Below are positions 28,019 to 37,739 of a stretch of DNA of 64,000 bases, in pieces (within the stretch, counting starts at the first letter, position 1; every line of letters starts with the position of its first letter). Origin of the DNA: Alphaproteobacteria bacterium (lineage in GTDB: Bacteria; Pseudomonadota; Alphaproteobacteria; Micavibrionales; Micavibrionaceae); assembly GCA_035911135.1 (NCBI GenBank), contig JAMHWD010000042.1:7609-71608 (forward strand), read 5' to 3'. Below the pieces are notes generated by a model. That model saw only the letters and a list, made by a program, of their open reading frames with translations. It was not told where the DNA came from and ran no database searches. The translations under genes and the position numbers were made by a program.

Positions 28019-29029
28019 CTAGCTCAGCTCCAGCATCCGTTCAACGGCTTTGCGGGCGCGGGCGGATATCGCAGGGTCCACAAAAATTTCCGGCGTTTCG
28101 GTTTGCAGGGAATGCAGAATTTTCGGCAATGTGATGCGCTTCATATGCGGGCACATCTGGCACATGCCGACCATTTCCGTACCCGGATTATTGGCCGCGA
28201 TATTATGGCCCATGGAACATTCGGTCATAAGGATCGCCTTGGTGGGTTTATGCGTCTTGATGTAATCATCCATCTGCGCGGTTGATCCGGCGTAATCGGA
28301 TTCTTCCAGCACATCGGGCGGGCATTCAGGATGGGCAAGGATTACGGCGTCTTTATGCTGTATGCGCAGGTTTTTGACATCCTCGCCGCTGAAGCGTTCA
28401 TGGACGATACAGCTGCCGTCCCAGATGATGATTTTGACATTTGTTTCTTTCGCCACATTGGCCGCCAGGAATTTATCCGGTGTCATGATGACAGTATCAT
28501 GCCCCTGCGCGCCAAGGCCATTGACGATTTTAAGCGCATTGGAGGAGGTGCAGCACACATCGCTCTCGGCCTTTACTTCAGCGGAAGTGTTCACATAGGA
28601 AACAACCGGAACGCCGGGATATTGTTCTTTTAATTTGCGGACATCCGCGCCGGTGATGGATTCAGCCAGACTGCATCCGGCCAGAAGATCAGGCATCAGG
28701 ATTTTTTTATCGGGGCAGAGAATCTTGGATGTCTCAGCCATGAAATGCACGCCGCACTGGACGATGATATTGGCGCTGGTTTTGGCAGCTTCCTGCGCGA
28801 GCTTCAGGGAATCGCCCACGATATCGCCCACGCCATAGAAAATATCCGGCGTCATATAGTTATGCGCGAGGATCACCGCGTTTTTTTCAGCCTTGAGACG
28901 GTTGATTTCATATATATAAGGGGCCAGCGTTTCCCAGTGTTCGCGGCTGTATTGCGGCGAGAGCTTGGCGTAAAACCCTTCGGTGGCTTTGGCGACTTCG
29001 GGGGTGTATTGCATTTTGGCGGCTTGCAT
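28019..29029 (-). CDS. nadA: Quinolinate synthase
   Basis: It has the NadA motifs (ILAHNY, VHFMAE, YVN(T)SA, ...HPECP). The length is 336 aa. Confidence 0.93.
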   Translation of the reverse strand: MQAAKMQYTPEVAKATEGFYAKLSPQYSREHWETLAPYIYEINRLKAEKNAVILAHNYMTPDIFYGVGDIVGDSLKLAQEAAKTSANIIVQCGVHFMAETSKILCPDKKILMPDLLAGCSLAESITGADVRKLKEQYPGVPVVSYVNTSAEVKAESDVCCTSSNALKIVNGLGAQGHDTVIMTPDKFLAANVAKETNVKIIIWDGSCIVHERFSGEDVKNLRIQHKDAVILAHPECPPDVLEESDYAGSTAQMDDYIKTHKPTKAILMTECSMGHNIAANNPGTEMVGMCQMCPHMKRITLPKILHSLQTETPEIFVDPAISARARKAVERMLELS

Positions 29030-29106
29030 GGTTTTGTTCTTACAATGTTCACATTATCCTAGTGAATGAGGTATCTTTCATATACGGATGGTCAAGGTCA
29101 AGGAAA

Positions 29107-30468
29107 ATGGCAGAATTATTTGATATAGAGCCTGAAAATTCGGATAAAAACCGTCCGCTGGCTGATCGGTTGCGGCCCCGGCTATTGGCGGATGTGGCCG
29201 GGCAGGCGCATTTGATCGGCCCCGGCAAGCCGCTGAGCCGCATGATTGAGGCCGGCCGTATCAGCTCGGTTATCTTCTGGGGGCCGCCGGGATGCGGGAA
29301 AACGACGCTGGCCCGGATTCTGGCCCAGCATACCGATCAGTATTTTGAGCAGATATCGGCGATATTCTCCGGCGTGGCCGATTTAAAGCGTGTCTTTGAG
29401 GGCGCAAAGATGCGGAAGCGTAACGGGCAGGGGACATTGCTGTTTGTTGATGAAATTCACCGTTTTAACAAATCCCAGCAGGATGCCTTTCTGCCCGTGA
29501 TGGAGGATGGCACGATCACGCTGATCGGCGCGACCACGGAAAATCCATCATTCGAGCTGAACGCGGCATTATTATCCCGCGCGCAAGTGTTGGTGCTTAA
29601 ACGCTTGGAAGAAGAGGCGCTGGAGGAATTGCTGGAAAAGGCCGAGGAAGAAGCGGGCCGCGCATTGCCGCTGGAGCTTGAGGCACGGGAGCTGATGAAA
29701 ACACTGGCCGATGGGGATGGGCGCTATCTGCTGGGCATGGCGGAGCAGGTTTTTTCTTCTGTGCCTTTCCCGCGAAAGCGGGAATCTGGAGATCATGAAG
29801 ATAACAGGTCCCCGCTTGCGCGGGGAACGCAAAATTTAAATTCTGAAGGCTTGCTGGAAATCATCCAGCGCCGCGCCCCGATCTACGATAAGGGCGATGA
29901 CGCGCATTTTAATCTGATCTCTTCTTTTCACAAATCCTTGCGGGCTTCGGATGCCGATGCGGCGCTGTATTGGATGGCGCGGATGCTGGCCGGCGGGGAG
30001 AGGCCGGAATATATTTTGCGCCGGATGCTTTGCGTGGCCTCTGAAGATATCTCAAATGCCGATCCCCAAGCCCTGCAGGTTGCCTTGAACGCTTGGCAGG
30101 CCTATGAACGTCTGGGGTTGCCGGAGGGCGAGCTGGCCATGGCGCAGGCCTGTACTTATCTGGCGACTGCCCCCAAATCCAATGCCAGCTATATGGCGTT
30201 ATCGCAGGCCAAGGCGCTGGCCGCGCAGACCGGATCATTAATGCCGCCGCGCCATGCCATGAACGCGCCGACCAAGCTTATGAAGGCGCAGGGCTATCAT
30301 CAGGGTTACATATACGATCACGATACGCCGGAAGGGTTTTCAGGCCTTAGTTATTTTCCAGATGACATCGGGCGCAGAAATTTCTATAACCCAGTAGAGC
30401 GCGGGTTTGAGCGCGAGATAAAAAAACGTCTCGAATACTGGGATAATTTGCGGAGGAAAAAAGAATGA
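29107..30468 (+). CDS. rarA: Replication-associated recombination protein A (AAA+ ATPase RarA/MgsA)
   Basis: It has Walker A (GPPGCGKTT), Walker B ([14 protein letters not shown]) and the C-terminal MgsA domain ([23 protein letters not shown]). The start is taken at MAELFD after AGGAAA. Confidence 0.9.
   Translation: MAELFDIEPENSDKNRPLADRLRPRLLADVAGQAHLIGPGKPLSRMIEAGRISSVIFWGPPGCGKTTLARILAQHTDQYFEQISAIFSGVADLKRVFEGAKMRKRNGQGTLLFVDEIHRFNKSQQDAFLPVMEDGTITLIGATTENPSFELNAALLSRAQVLVLKRLEEEALEELLEKAEEEAGRALPLELEARELMKTLADGDGRYLLGMAEQVFSSVPFPRKRESGDHEDNRSPLARGTQNLNSEGLLEIIQRRAPIYDKGDDAHFNLISSFHKSLRASDADAALYWMARMLAGGERPEYILRRMLCVASEDISNADPQALQVALNAWQAYERLGLPEGELAMAQACTYLATAPKSNASYMALSQAKALAAQTGSLMPPRHAMNAPTKLMKAQGYHQGYIYDHDTPEGFSGLSYFPDDIGRRNFYNPVERGFEREIKKRLEYWDNLRRKKE
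29761..29832. repeat. Degenerate two-hairpin palindromic element embedded in frame in rarA (encodes [24 protein letters not shown])
   Basis: The hairpins are TTCCCGC-gaaa-GCGGGAA (29767-29784) and TCCCCGC-ttgc-GCGGGGA (29809-29826). They lie in the linker between the AAA+ and MgsA domains. Confidence 0.45.
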
Positions 30469-30971
30469 CGGCCCATAAAAAACCAAACGGCGAATATGCC
30501 GCGGATACTTTAAAGGAATTGCGTAAGGTTGCTGGCGGGAAAGATATGACGGTTATGGCCCAGTTGACCGCGCTGACCGAAGGGCTGTATGAGCGTTTTG
30601 GCAAGACTGCCGCCGATAGAGAGGCGCGGACGCCGGAAGTGGATTGGCGCTGGGCTGATTTGCTGGATCTGATGTATTACTTTGATGAGGATGCCAATCG
30701 CGACAAGCCTGTCCATGCGCGGGTTGGTATGCCTGATGCCGATCCGCTGACACTGATTAATCGCCTGCAGGACGAGGGGTTTATTAACAAAAAGGACGGT
30801 AATGCCCTGCGCCGTAAATTCAATGATCAGGTCAAGGCGCTTACGGGGCGGGAACTGAACAATGTACAGGTGGCGGAATTACGCAGGCTTTTGCTTGATT
30901 TTGATGTGGGCCAGACATTGCGCCCTGCTGAGGAAAAGCGGGAAGCGCCGGAGACGCCGGGTCAGGGCTGA
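30465..30971 (+). CDS. Hypothetical protein (168 aa), translationally coupled to rarA
   Basis: It has an ATGA start/stop overlap with rarA. I recognise no motif. Confidence 0.5.
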   Translation: MTAHKKPNGEYAADTLKELRKVAGGKDMTVMAQLTALTEGLYERFGKTAADREARTPEVDWRWADLLDLMYYFDEDANRDKPVHARVGMPDADPLTLINRLQDEGFINKKDGNALRRKFNDQVKALTGRELNNVQVAELRRLLLDFDVGQTLRPAEEKREAPETPGQG

Positions 30972-31846
30972 TCAGGTATTTTTGACATTTTCCTGTCGCT
31001 ATAGATGACGTACATGCCGCTGGCGATGATAACGGTGCTGCCCAGCAGCATCCATTCATCCGGAATATCGCTGAAAAGCAGGAACCCAAATAGAAGCCCC
31101 CAGATCATCTCGGTATAAAGAAACGGCGTAACGAGGGCGGCCTGCGCGGTGCGAAAGGCCAGTGAGACGCACAGCACGCCAGAGGCAATCAATCCACCGC
31201 AGAGCGCAAAAAACGGCGCGTGTTCAAATGCGATAGGCTTGAAATCAAACGCGATCAGCGGAAGGCTTAAGGCGAATGTGCCGATCAGGGTCATGAAGGC
31301 GACGATGAAGGGGCTGGCTTCTTTCAGCTCGCGCGAGAGCGTGAAAAAAACAGCGACCAGAAATGCCGCCGCAAGGGGCAAAAGCAGCGCTGGCTGGAAG
31401 CTTTCAGGCGAGGGCTGGAGGACGATCAGAACGCCGATAAACCCTGTAATGATCGCCGCCCAGCGCGATAATCCGACGCGCTCGCCATAGAAAATAATCG
31501 CCAGCAATACGGCAAAAAACGGCTTGGCAAAGATCATGGCGTAGATATCGGCCAGCGACATGAAGGTAAAGCAATAAATCAGGATTATATTGATGGTGAT
31601 ATTCAAAATGGACCGAATAATGTGAAATCCCCATTCGCGCCGGTTGGAAATCCCACGCCAGCCGCCCAGCTGCCGGGAAATGCATAGCAGGATCAGGGCG
31701 GCGATGGCGGCCTCGAACCCGGCGATCTGCGGGCCCGGATAATGCGGCGATATCCATTTGGCGGATATATCGGCAAAGGCAAAAGAAGTATAGCCGGCCA
31801 TGGCCAGCAGCATTCCCTTTTGATTTATCGTCAGATTTGTGGGCAT
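30962..31846 (-). CDS. DMT-superfamily (EamA-like) transporter
   Basis: It is a 10-TM-type protein with two EamA-like halves. The ATG at 31846 is preferred over the TTG at 31858. Confidence 0.8.
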   Translation of the reverse strand: MPTNLTINQKGMLLAMAGYTSFAFADISAKWISPHYPGPQIAGFEAAIAALILLCISRQLGGWRGISNRREWGFHIIRSILNITINIILIYCFTFMSLADIYAMIFAKPFFAVLLAIIFYGERVGLSRWAAIITGFIGVLIVLQPSPESFQPALLLPLAAAFLVAVFFTLSRELKEASPFIVAFMTLIGTFALSLPLIAFDFKPIAFEHAPFFALCGGLIASGVLCVSLAFRTAQAALVTPFLYTEMIWGLLFGFLLFSDIPDEWMLLGSTVIIASGMYVIYSDRKMSKIPDQP

Positions 31847-31901
31847 AATCAGGCTCAACTTTTATCCTGTTTCTCAAATTTCAGGAAGATGGAAAAATAA
31901 G

Positions 31902-32285
31902 ATGATAGCCACTTATGCGGCCATAGGCGCGGGCGGGGCGATTGGCGCGATGCTGCGCCACGGGATGAATGAGGGCGTACTGCGCGTTCTGGGCAGCGGA
32001 TTTCCTTATGGAATACTGGCGGTTAATATTCTGGGCGCCTTTGCCATGGGGGTTGTGATTGCCCTTTTTGCCCAGCTCTGGGAGCCGCCATCCTATATTA
32101 AATCGTTTGTAACGACAGGCATTCTGGGCGGGTTTACGACATTTTCGGCTTTCTCGTTGGATGCTGTCCTGCTCTGGGAGCGCGGCGAGACGCTTGGCGC
32201 GATTATATATGTGGCCCTTTCGGTGGGATTGTCCATTGCCGGGCTGTTGTTGGGATTGTCATTGGTGCGCGGAGTATTCGCATGA
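31902..32285 (+). CDS. crcB: Fluoride ion channel CrcB/FluC
   Basis: GGAIGAMLRH and GILGGFTTFSAFS motifs are present in a protein of 127 aa. The start is an internal ATG of the track ORF. Confidence 0.85.
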   Translation: MIATYAAIGAGGAIGAMLRHGMNEGVLRVLGSGFPYGILAVNILGAFAMGVVIALFAQLWEPPSYIKSFVTTGILGGFTTFSAFSLDAVLLWERGETLGAIIYVALSVGLSIAGLLLGLSLVRGVFA

Positions 32286-33274
32286 GCGCGGTCAGGATTT
32301 TAAATGTTTCCGAAGATGATTCCGGCCAGCGCCTTGACCGCTGGATCAAGAAATACGCCCCCGATCTGCCGTATGTCCTTGTGCAGAAATTGATGCGAAA
32401 AGGGCAGATCCGTGTGGATGGGAAACGCGCCAAGCCGGATCAGAAGCTGGAGGCCGGGCAGGAAGTGCGCCTGCCGCCTTACGAGGGGATGCGCCCGCGC
32501 GAGGAAAAGAAGATTACAGCCGCCGATATCGCCTTTATCAAATCCCTCGTGATTTATGATGATGGTGACATTATCGCCATTAACAAGCCTTATGATCTGG
32601 CGGTGCAGGGCGGCACGAATACATACCGCCATGTGGATGGGTTGCTGGAAGGCCTCGCCAATGAGGAGGGCGTGAAGCCGAAACTTGTTCATCGCCTCGA
32701 TAAGGATACCAGTGGAATTTTGCTGCTGGCGCGTTCAACGAAAATTGCCCGCGAGATGGGCGATATGTTCAAGGGACGTGATCTGAAAAAGATATATTGG
32801 GCCCTGATCTCGCCCGCACCCTCCATTTACGAAGGCACGATCCGCGCCCCCATCGCCAAGGCCAGCGGCAGCAATAAGGAACGTATGGTGGTCGATGAGG
32901 AGGAGGGTAAATATTCCCTCACCGATTACAGCATTATAGATACGGCCGGAACGGATGTCGCCTTTGCCGCTTTCTGGCCGCGCACAGGAAGGACGCATCA
33001 GATCAGGGTCCATTCGGAATTTATGGGAAGCCCGATATTGGGCGATCCGAAATATGCCTATCGCGATATCCAGCACGAGCATGAGATTATTGATCTGGAG
33101 AGCCTCGATCTGGCCAAAAGGCTTCATTTGCACGCAAGGCGCATTATTTTCCGCCACCCCATCAAGCGCACCAAGGTTGATATCACAGCCCCGCTGCCTG
33201 AAGATTTGCAGAAAAGCTGGAAAGCGCTGGGGTTTGATCCTTCCTACAAGAAGGACCCGTTTGGCGAACAATAG
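32282..33274 (+). CDS. RluA-family 23S rRNA pseudouridine synthase (RluC/RluD-like, with an S4 domain)
   Basis: It has an N-terminal S4-like domain, the catalytic HRLDKDTSG motif and a GRTHQIR motif. Its ATGA overlaps the crcB stop. Confidence 0.85.
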   Translation: MSAVRILNVSEDDSGQRLDRWIKKYAPDLPYVLVQKLMRKGQIRVDGKRAKPDQKLEAGQEVRLPPYEGMRPREEKKITAADIAFIKSLVIYDDGDIIAINKPYDLAVQGGTNTYRHVDGLLEGLANEEGVKPKLVHRLDKDTSGILLLARSTKIAREMGDMFKGRDLKKIYWALISPAPSIYEGTIRAPIAKASGSNKERMVVDEEEGKYSLTDYSIIDTAGTDVAFAAFWPRTGRTHQIRVHSEFMGSPILGDPKYAYRDIQHEHEIIDLESLDLAKRLHLHARRIIFRHPIKRTKVDITAPLPEDLQKSWKALGFDPSYKKDPFGEQ

Positions 33275-33336
33275 CTTGATCGGGGCCGTACGGCGTTTAT
33301 AATTGCTCCAGCGCTAATTATTGTAGGATCAAGGTC

Positions 33337-34686
33337 ATGGCGGAGAAAGCCGAAAAGGGAAGCTGGTTGTCATTCTGGGCAAAGCTTGCCTTTCTTCTGA
33401 TTGTTTTTATTGCCGTGATTTTATCGGTCCTGAATGCCTTGGGCGGTAACAGCGATGTGCTCAAAAGCTCGCTCGAGCAATATCTCTCCGGCGCGCTGCG
33501 CGGCAACGCCAAGATTGAAAAACTGCACCAGATGACATTCTTCCCTTATATGAGCATTGATGCCGAAGGGGTAACGGTGAGCGACCCGAAAAATGAGCGC
33601 CGCATTATCTTTAGCGCCGGGCGCATGCAGATGGCCATGGGATTTTGGGATATGACCTTTTCCACTGGTAAGATCAAGACGTTCAATGTTGAGAAATTGC
33701 GCGCCATGCCGGGTGTTTTTGTGCAACCCGGTCTTACAGTGGGGAGCGCCGCGATTATAGACGAGGGCGATCAGGCCTATATCCGCGCGGAAGGCAAGAT
33801 TGGCGCGGAGCCGTTCAAGATGGGTATTACCACCGATACATATGGCAGCGGAAAATCCAAAACATACCGCATGGGCATCAAGCGTGATGTAAAAATAAAA
33901 ATCGGCGATATCGAATTGGATGGCATTGTTGATGCTGCGGATCCTGAAAATTATATCCTGCAGGATTTCTCGCTCAAGCATGACACGCTTGTCATCAAGG
34001 GCGGCGCGGATATCTTCGCCGGCAGCGGCGGGCGCATCAAGATCAAGGGCGATTTTATCCTGCCGGGCGGCAGCCATATCAAGCCCGATATCCTGTTTGA
34101 ACATCCGGAAAACAAATTGCCGCGCGCGGCGGGCGCCATCATGATTGAAGGGGCAAAGGCTGCTGATTTTACCGATGCCGCGCCTTATAAGGCGCTTTGG
34201 GATTCTCTGGCCCGTGTCACGCAAGGCGGCGGTGAATCTAGCGCAAAGGCCAAGACATTTGGCTGGACCGGGGATTTTGAAATCATGGCCGGACCCGGCG
34301 AATTGCCGCAAAGCTTTTTAGGGCAAGGTATGAATGAAAAGCTGATCCCCGCCATGATACCGGGCGAGGCGGGCCGCGTGGATATTCTGGCAGTGAATTG
34401 CCTGCGTTTTGATCTGAGCGTCTCGCGCCGCGTTCTGGAGGGCGCGGATATTTTTGTTGATACCAAGGATTTTATCGCGGGCGGCGCAGGGTCTTATGCC
34501 GTGGATGAAGACAGGCTGGAGGCCTCGCTCGTTCCCAAAATGAAAAATGCGGGGACCGATGCCATGGCTGTGAAGATCTCTGGCCCCTGGAAAGCCTATG
34601 AGGTTGACCCTGTTTCCGCCGATCCAAAGCTGGTGCCCAAGGGTTCTTGCGCGGATATGAATTTCTCGCCTCTGGATGCGCCATGA
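33337..34686 (+). CDS. Membrane-anchored hypothetical protein (449 aa), possibly AsmA-like
   Basis: It has a single N-terminal TM helix followed by a long beta-rich region. The AsmA-like assignment is a weak impression only. Confidence 0.5.
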   Translation: MAEKAEKGSWLSFWAKLAFLLIVFIAVILSVLNALGGNSDVLKSSLEQYLSGALRGNAKIEKLHQMTFFPYMSIDAEGVTVSDPKNERRIIFSAGRMQMAMGFWDMTFSTGKIKTFNVEKLRAMPGVFVQPGLTVGSAAIIDEGDQAYIRAEGKIGAEPFKMGITTDTYGSGKSKTYRMGIKRDVKIKIGDIELDGIVDAADPENYILQDFSLKHDTLVIKGGADIFAGSGGRIKIKGDFILPGGSHIKPDILFEHPENKLPRAAGAIMIEGAKAADFTDAAPYKALWDSLARVTQGGGESSAKAKTFGWTGDFEIMAGPGELPQSFLGQGMNEKLIPAMIPGEAGRVDILAVNCLRFDLSVSRRVLEGADIFVDTKDFIAGGAGSYAVDEDRLEASLVPKMKNAGTDAMAVKISGPWKAYEVDPVSADPKLVPKGSCADMNFSPLDAP

Positions 34687-35390
34687 AGCGTTTTTACAAG
34701 GATGTAACCGCGGTGCCTGCAGAGACGGGCGGGTTTCGCATCTGCCTTGACGGGCGGCCTGTGAAGACGCCGGGCCGTGTTGATATGATCTGCCCAGATG
34801 TGCGGATCGCAGAAATTGTATCGGCAGAATGGCGGGCGCAGGATAAAACCATTGACCCCCAAACCATGCCGGCGACGCAATTGATCAACACCATGGTTGA
34901 TAAATTTCCGGGTCATCGAGATGAAATGACCGCGCAGGTGTTGAAATTTATGGATACGGATTTGATCTGTTACACGGCCGATGGGCCGGAAGATCTTGCG
35001 CGGATACAAGATAAGTTATGGGGCGGCGCGCGAGATTGGTTTGAGGGGCGCTATGGCGTGAGCCTGAAGACAACAACGGATTTAAAGGCGATCCGGCAGG
35101 AAGCTGTTGTTCACAAGGCGGTGGCTGAGGATATTGCGGCGCTTAAGGACGTCGAGTTTATCGTGTTTCAGAGCCTTGTGCCGGTATGCGGTTCGGTTAT
35201 TTTGTCGCTGGGTTTTGTGCATGGCTATCTGGATACCCCTGCCATGCTGGCTGCGATTTTTGCCGAGGAAGATTATCAGGCCACCGTGACGCGGGCCGAT
35301 CTTTATGGCGAAGATCCCATGATCATGAAGAAAAAGACAGCGCTGCGGCGCGATATGGATGCGGCCAAAGCCTTGCTTTCTGGCGCATAA
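34683..35390 (+). CDS. ATP12-family F1-ATPase assembly chaperone
   Basis: KRFYKDV....GGF.I.LDGRPVKTP is the typical alphaproteobacterial ATP12 N-terminus. The ATGA overlaps the upstream stop. Confidence 0.8.
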   Translation: MKRFYKDVTAVPAETGGFRICLDGRPVKTPGRVDMICPDVRIAEIVSAEWRAQDKTIDPQTMPATQLINTMVDKFPGHRDEMTAQVLKFMDTDLICYTADGPEDLARIQDKLWGGARDWFEGRYGVSLKTTTDLKAIRQEAVVHKAVAEDIAALKDVEFIVFQSLVPVCGSVILSLGFVHGYLDTPAMLAAIFAEEDYQATVTRADLYGEDPMIMKKKTALRRDMDAAKALLSGA

Positions 35391-35407
35391 GGCGTATTTT
35401 AGGCTCT

Positions 35408-37210
35408 ATGGACAGCAAAGACAAAAAAAGCAGTATTTCCTACCGCGAAGTCGCGGCGTTTATCTGGCATTACTGGCGCCGGCAAAAAGGGCGTTTGGCG
35501 ATTGTCATTCCGGGGCTGATGCTGGCGGCGCTGGTGGATGCCACGTTCCCCTATATCACGGGCAAGATGATTGATTCGGTCACGCGTTCCGAGGCGCATG
35601 GCATCCCCGCCGCGCAGGAAGTTATTCCATGGTTTGTTGCCTTTGTGGTGGTGGGGTATTTGTTCCAGACCATTCGTAACGGCTCATTATTCGTCTGGAA
35701 CCGTGTGGGCGTGCAGACGCTTTATAATATCGAGATGGAAGCTTTCCAGAAGGTCCAGCGTTTCTCCGCCGACTGGCATGCCAATTCTTTCGCTGGTGCG
35801 ACGGTGCGGAAGATTTCCCGCGGCAAGCAGGCTTTTGACATGCTGGAAGATATCCTGATCATGAACCTGCTGCCCTCGCTGGTGGTGCTGGGGATTACGG
35901 TGATGTTCGCAGCCTCAAAATCATGGATATTGGGCGCGGTCACGCTGGTCTGCGCCCTTGTGTATCTGTTTTTGAACGCCGTGATCGTGGTGAAGATTAA
36001 CATGCCGCGTTTCCGCAAATCTGCGGCCCGCGATACGGTTGTGGGGGCCAAGCTGGCAGACTCCATTACCGCCAATGCGGTTGTAAAGGCCTTCGGCGCG
36101 GAGGCGCAGGAAGATAATATTTTCCGTCATGCCTTGCGCCGCTGGCAGCTCCGGGCGCTGCGGAGCTGGGATGTTTATATTGCCACGGATCTGATGCGCC
36201 GTTTTATGTCCGAAACCATGGCGGCGCTGATGATCGGCACGACGATCTGGCTTTGGTCGCGAGGGGAAGCCACATCAGGTGATGTGGTGTTTTCCTTTAC
36301 CAGTTTTATGCTGCTTTCGATGTATCTGCGGGCGCTGGGCGATAATGTCGCCAATCTGCAGCGCGCCATTAACGACATGGAAGATATTATCGAATTCTGG
36401 CGCCGCGAGGATGAGATGCGCGATATCGAAGGCGCAGAACCTGTCTCTATCAGCAAGGGCGAGATTGTCTTTGATGATGTGCGTTTTATGTACCGCAATA
36501 AAATGCAGCCGTTATTTGACGGGCTGAATGTCACGATCAGGCCGGGCGAGAAGATCGCGCTGGTGGGGCCGTCGGGGTCCGGAAAGTCGAGCTTTGTGAA
36601 GCTGATCCAGCGCCTTTATGACGTTGATGCCGGGGAGATCCGCATTGATGGCCAGAATATCGCCAAGGTCACGCAGGCCTCGCTGCGCCGGAATATTGGC
36701 CTCGTGCCGCAGGAGCCGATCCTGTTTCACCGCTCGATCGCATCCAATATCGCCTATGGCAGGCCGGGCGCGAAGATGGAGGATATTATCGAGGCCGCAA
36801 GGCAGGCCCATGCCCATGAATTTATTGAAACCCTGCCCAAGGGATATGATACGCTGGTGGGGGAGCGCGGCGTGAAATTATCGGGCGGCGAGCGCCAGCG
36901 CGTGGCTATTGCCCGCGCCATTCTTGCCAATACGCCGATCCTGATTCTGGATGAGGCCACGGCTTCGCTAGATTCCGTTTCCGAGCATTATATCCAGCTG
37001 GCCATGGATAATCTGACGCAAGGGCGCACGACCATTACGATCGCGCACCGCCTGTCCACCATCCAGAATGCGGACCGCATTCTGGTTTTCCGCGCTGGGC
37101 GCATTGTCGAGGAAGGCACGCATAGCGAGCTGATCGCGCGTGACGAGTCTGTTTATAAAGAGCTGTATGACATGCAGGCTCTGGGCTTGGTTGGCGAAAA
37201 AAATGCCTAA
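35408..37210 (+). CDS. ABC transporter, fused permease/ATPase (ABCB/MsbA-Atm1-like exporter)
   Basis: It has six TM helices followed by an NBD with GPSGSGKSS, LSGGERQRVAIARA and ILILDEATS. The start is placed at MDSKDKK to avoid overlapping ATP12. Confidence 0.9.
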   Translation: MDSKDKKSSISYREVAAFIWHYWRRQKGRLAIVIPGLMLAALVDATFPYITGKMIDSVTRSEAHGIPAAQEVIPWFVAFVVVGYLFQTIRNGSLFVWNRVGVQTLYNIEMEAFQKVQRFSADWHANSFAGATVRKISRGKQAFDMLEDILIMNLLPSLVVLGITVMFAASKSWILGAVTLVCALVYLFLNAVIVVKINMPRFRKSAARDTVVGAKLADSITANAVVKAFGAEAQEDNIFRHALRRWQLRALRSWDVYIATDLMRRFMSETMAALMIGTTIWLWSRGEATSGDVVFSFTSFMLLSMYLRALGDNVANLQRAINDMEDIIEFWRREDEMRDIEGAEPVSISKGEIVFDDVRFMYRNKMQPLFDGLNVTIRPGEKIALVGPSGSGKSSFVKLIQRLYDVDAGEIRIDGQNIAKVTQASLRRNIGLVPQEPILFHRSIASNIAYGRPGAKMEDIIEAARQAHAHEFIETLPKGYDTLVGERGVKLSGGERQRVAIARAILANTPILILDEATASLDSVSEHYIQLAMDNLTQGRTTITIAHRLSTIQNADRILVFRAGRIVEEGTHSELIARDESVYKELYDMQALGLVGEKNA

Positions 37211-37734
37211 AGCCAGCTATCGGGTTTGGGCATGGCTTGCGATTTAAACGCCCGCGGCAGGCCGCGCCCCAAACGCCATAGGATATAAAGCGCCAGCGGC
37301 AATATTGCGATCAGGGCAGAATTAATAAGCAAAGGCATATTGGCGGCGATAAATGCATCCATGCAGGGCTGGGCCAGCGGCCAGATATCGTCAAATCCGG
37401 CTTTTTCCAAAAACTCGATGCTTTGGTTGGCGATGGTTTGGGTGCAAGGCTCAAAAGGCGCATGATCAATAGCGGGGAGCATATAGAAACTGGCCGCGCT
37501 CATGCTGATCACGGATAAAATGCCGCTGGCCCAGATCGTGCCAATGATAAAGGCCGCATGGCTGGGTACGAAATCGCTTAAAGACCCCTGTTTTTTAAGG
37601 CGGTAGCCGTAAATCATAACGCCCAGTAATGTGACAAGCGATAACCCGGCCGCCCAGACATGCGGCAGGCAAGTCAGGATAATCGTGGCGGCAAAGGCTG
37701 CGTAAAGTGTGATAATTTTCTGATGATCTGTCAT
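37207..37734 (-). CDS. Hypothetical membrane protein
   Basis: It has four or five hydrophobic segments. The start at MTDHQKI lies 6 nt downstream of the mutL stop. I recognise no motif. Confidence 0.5.
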   Translation of the reverse strand: MTDHQKIITLYAAFAATIILTCLPHVWAAGLSLVTLLGVMIYGYRLKKQGSLSDFVPSHAAFIIGTIWASGILSVISMSAASFYMLPAIDHAPFEPCTQTIANQSIEFLEKAGFDDIWPLAQPCMDAFIAANMPLLINSALIAILPLALYILWRLGRGLPRAFKSQAMPKPDSWL

Positions 37735-37739
37735 GGCAA

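Noticed and set aside
29040-29075. TTCAC-N10-GTGAA inverted repeat in the divergent nadA/rarA spacer, as a possible NAD-regulator operator.
   Set aside because: The arms are only 5 bp in an AT-rich spacer, and I cannot match it confidently to any known NadR, NrtR or NadQ consensus from memory.
31847-31901. A possible fluoride riboswitch upstream of crcB.
   Set aside because: Only about 55 nt separate crcB from the divergent DMT gene, and I could not find the conserved crcB-motif core or pseudoknot elements there.
35186-35407. The long N-terminal extension of the ABC exporter ORF overlapping the ATP12 gene.
   Set aside because: It overlaps the well-supported ATP12 frame by about 200 nt and is Arg/Cys-rich. 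The ATG at 35408 gives a normal ABCB N-terminus.
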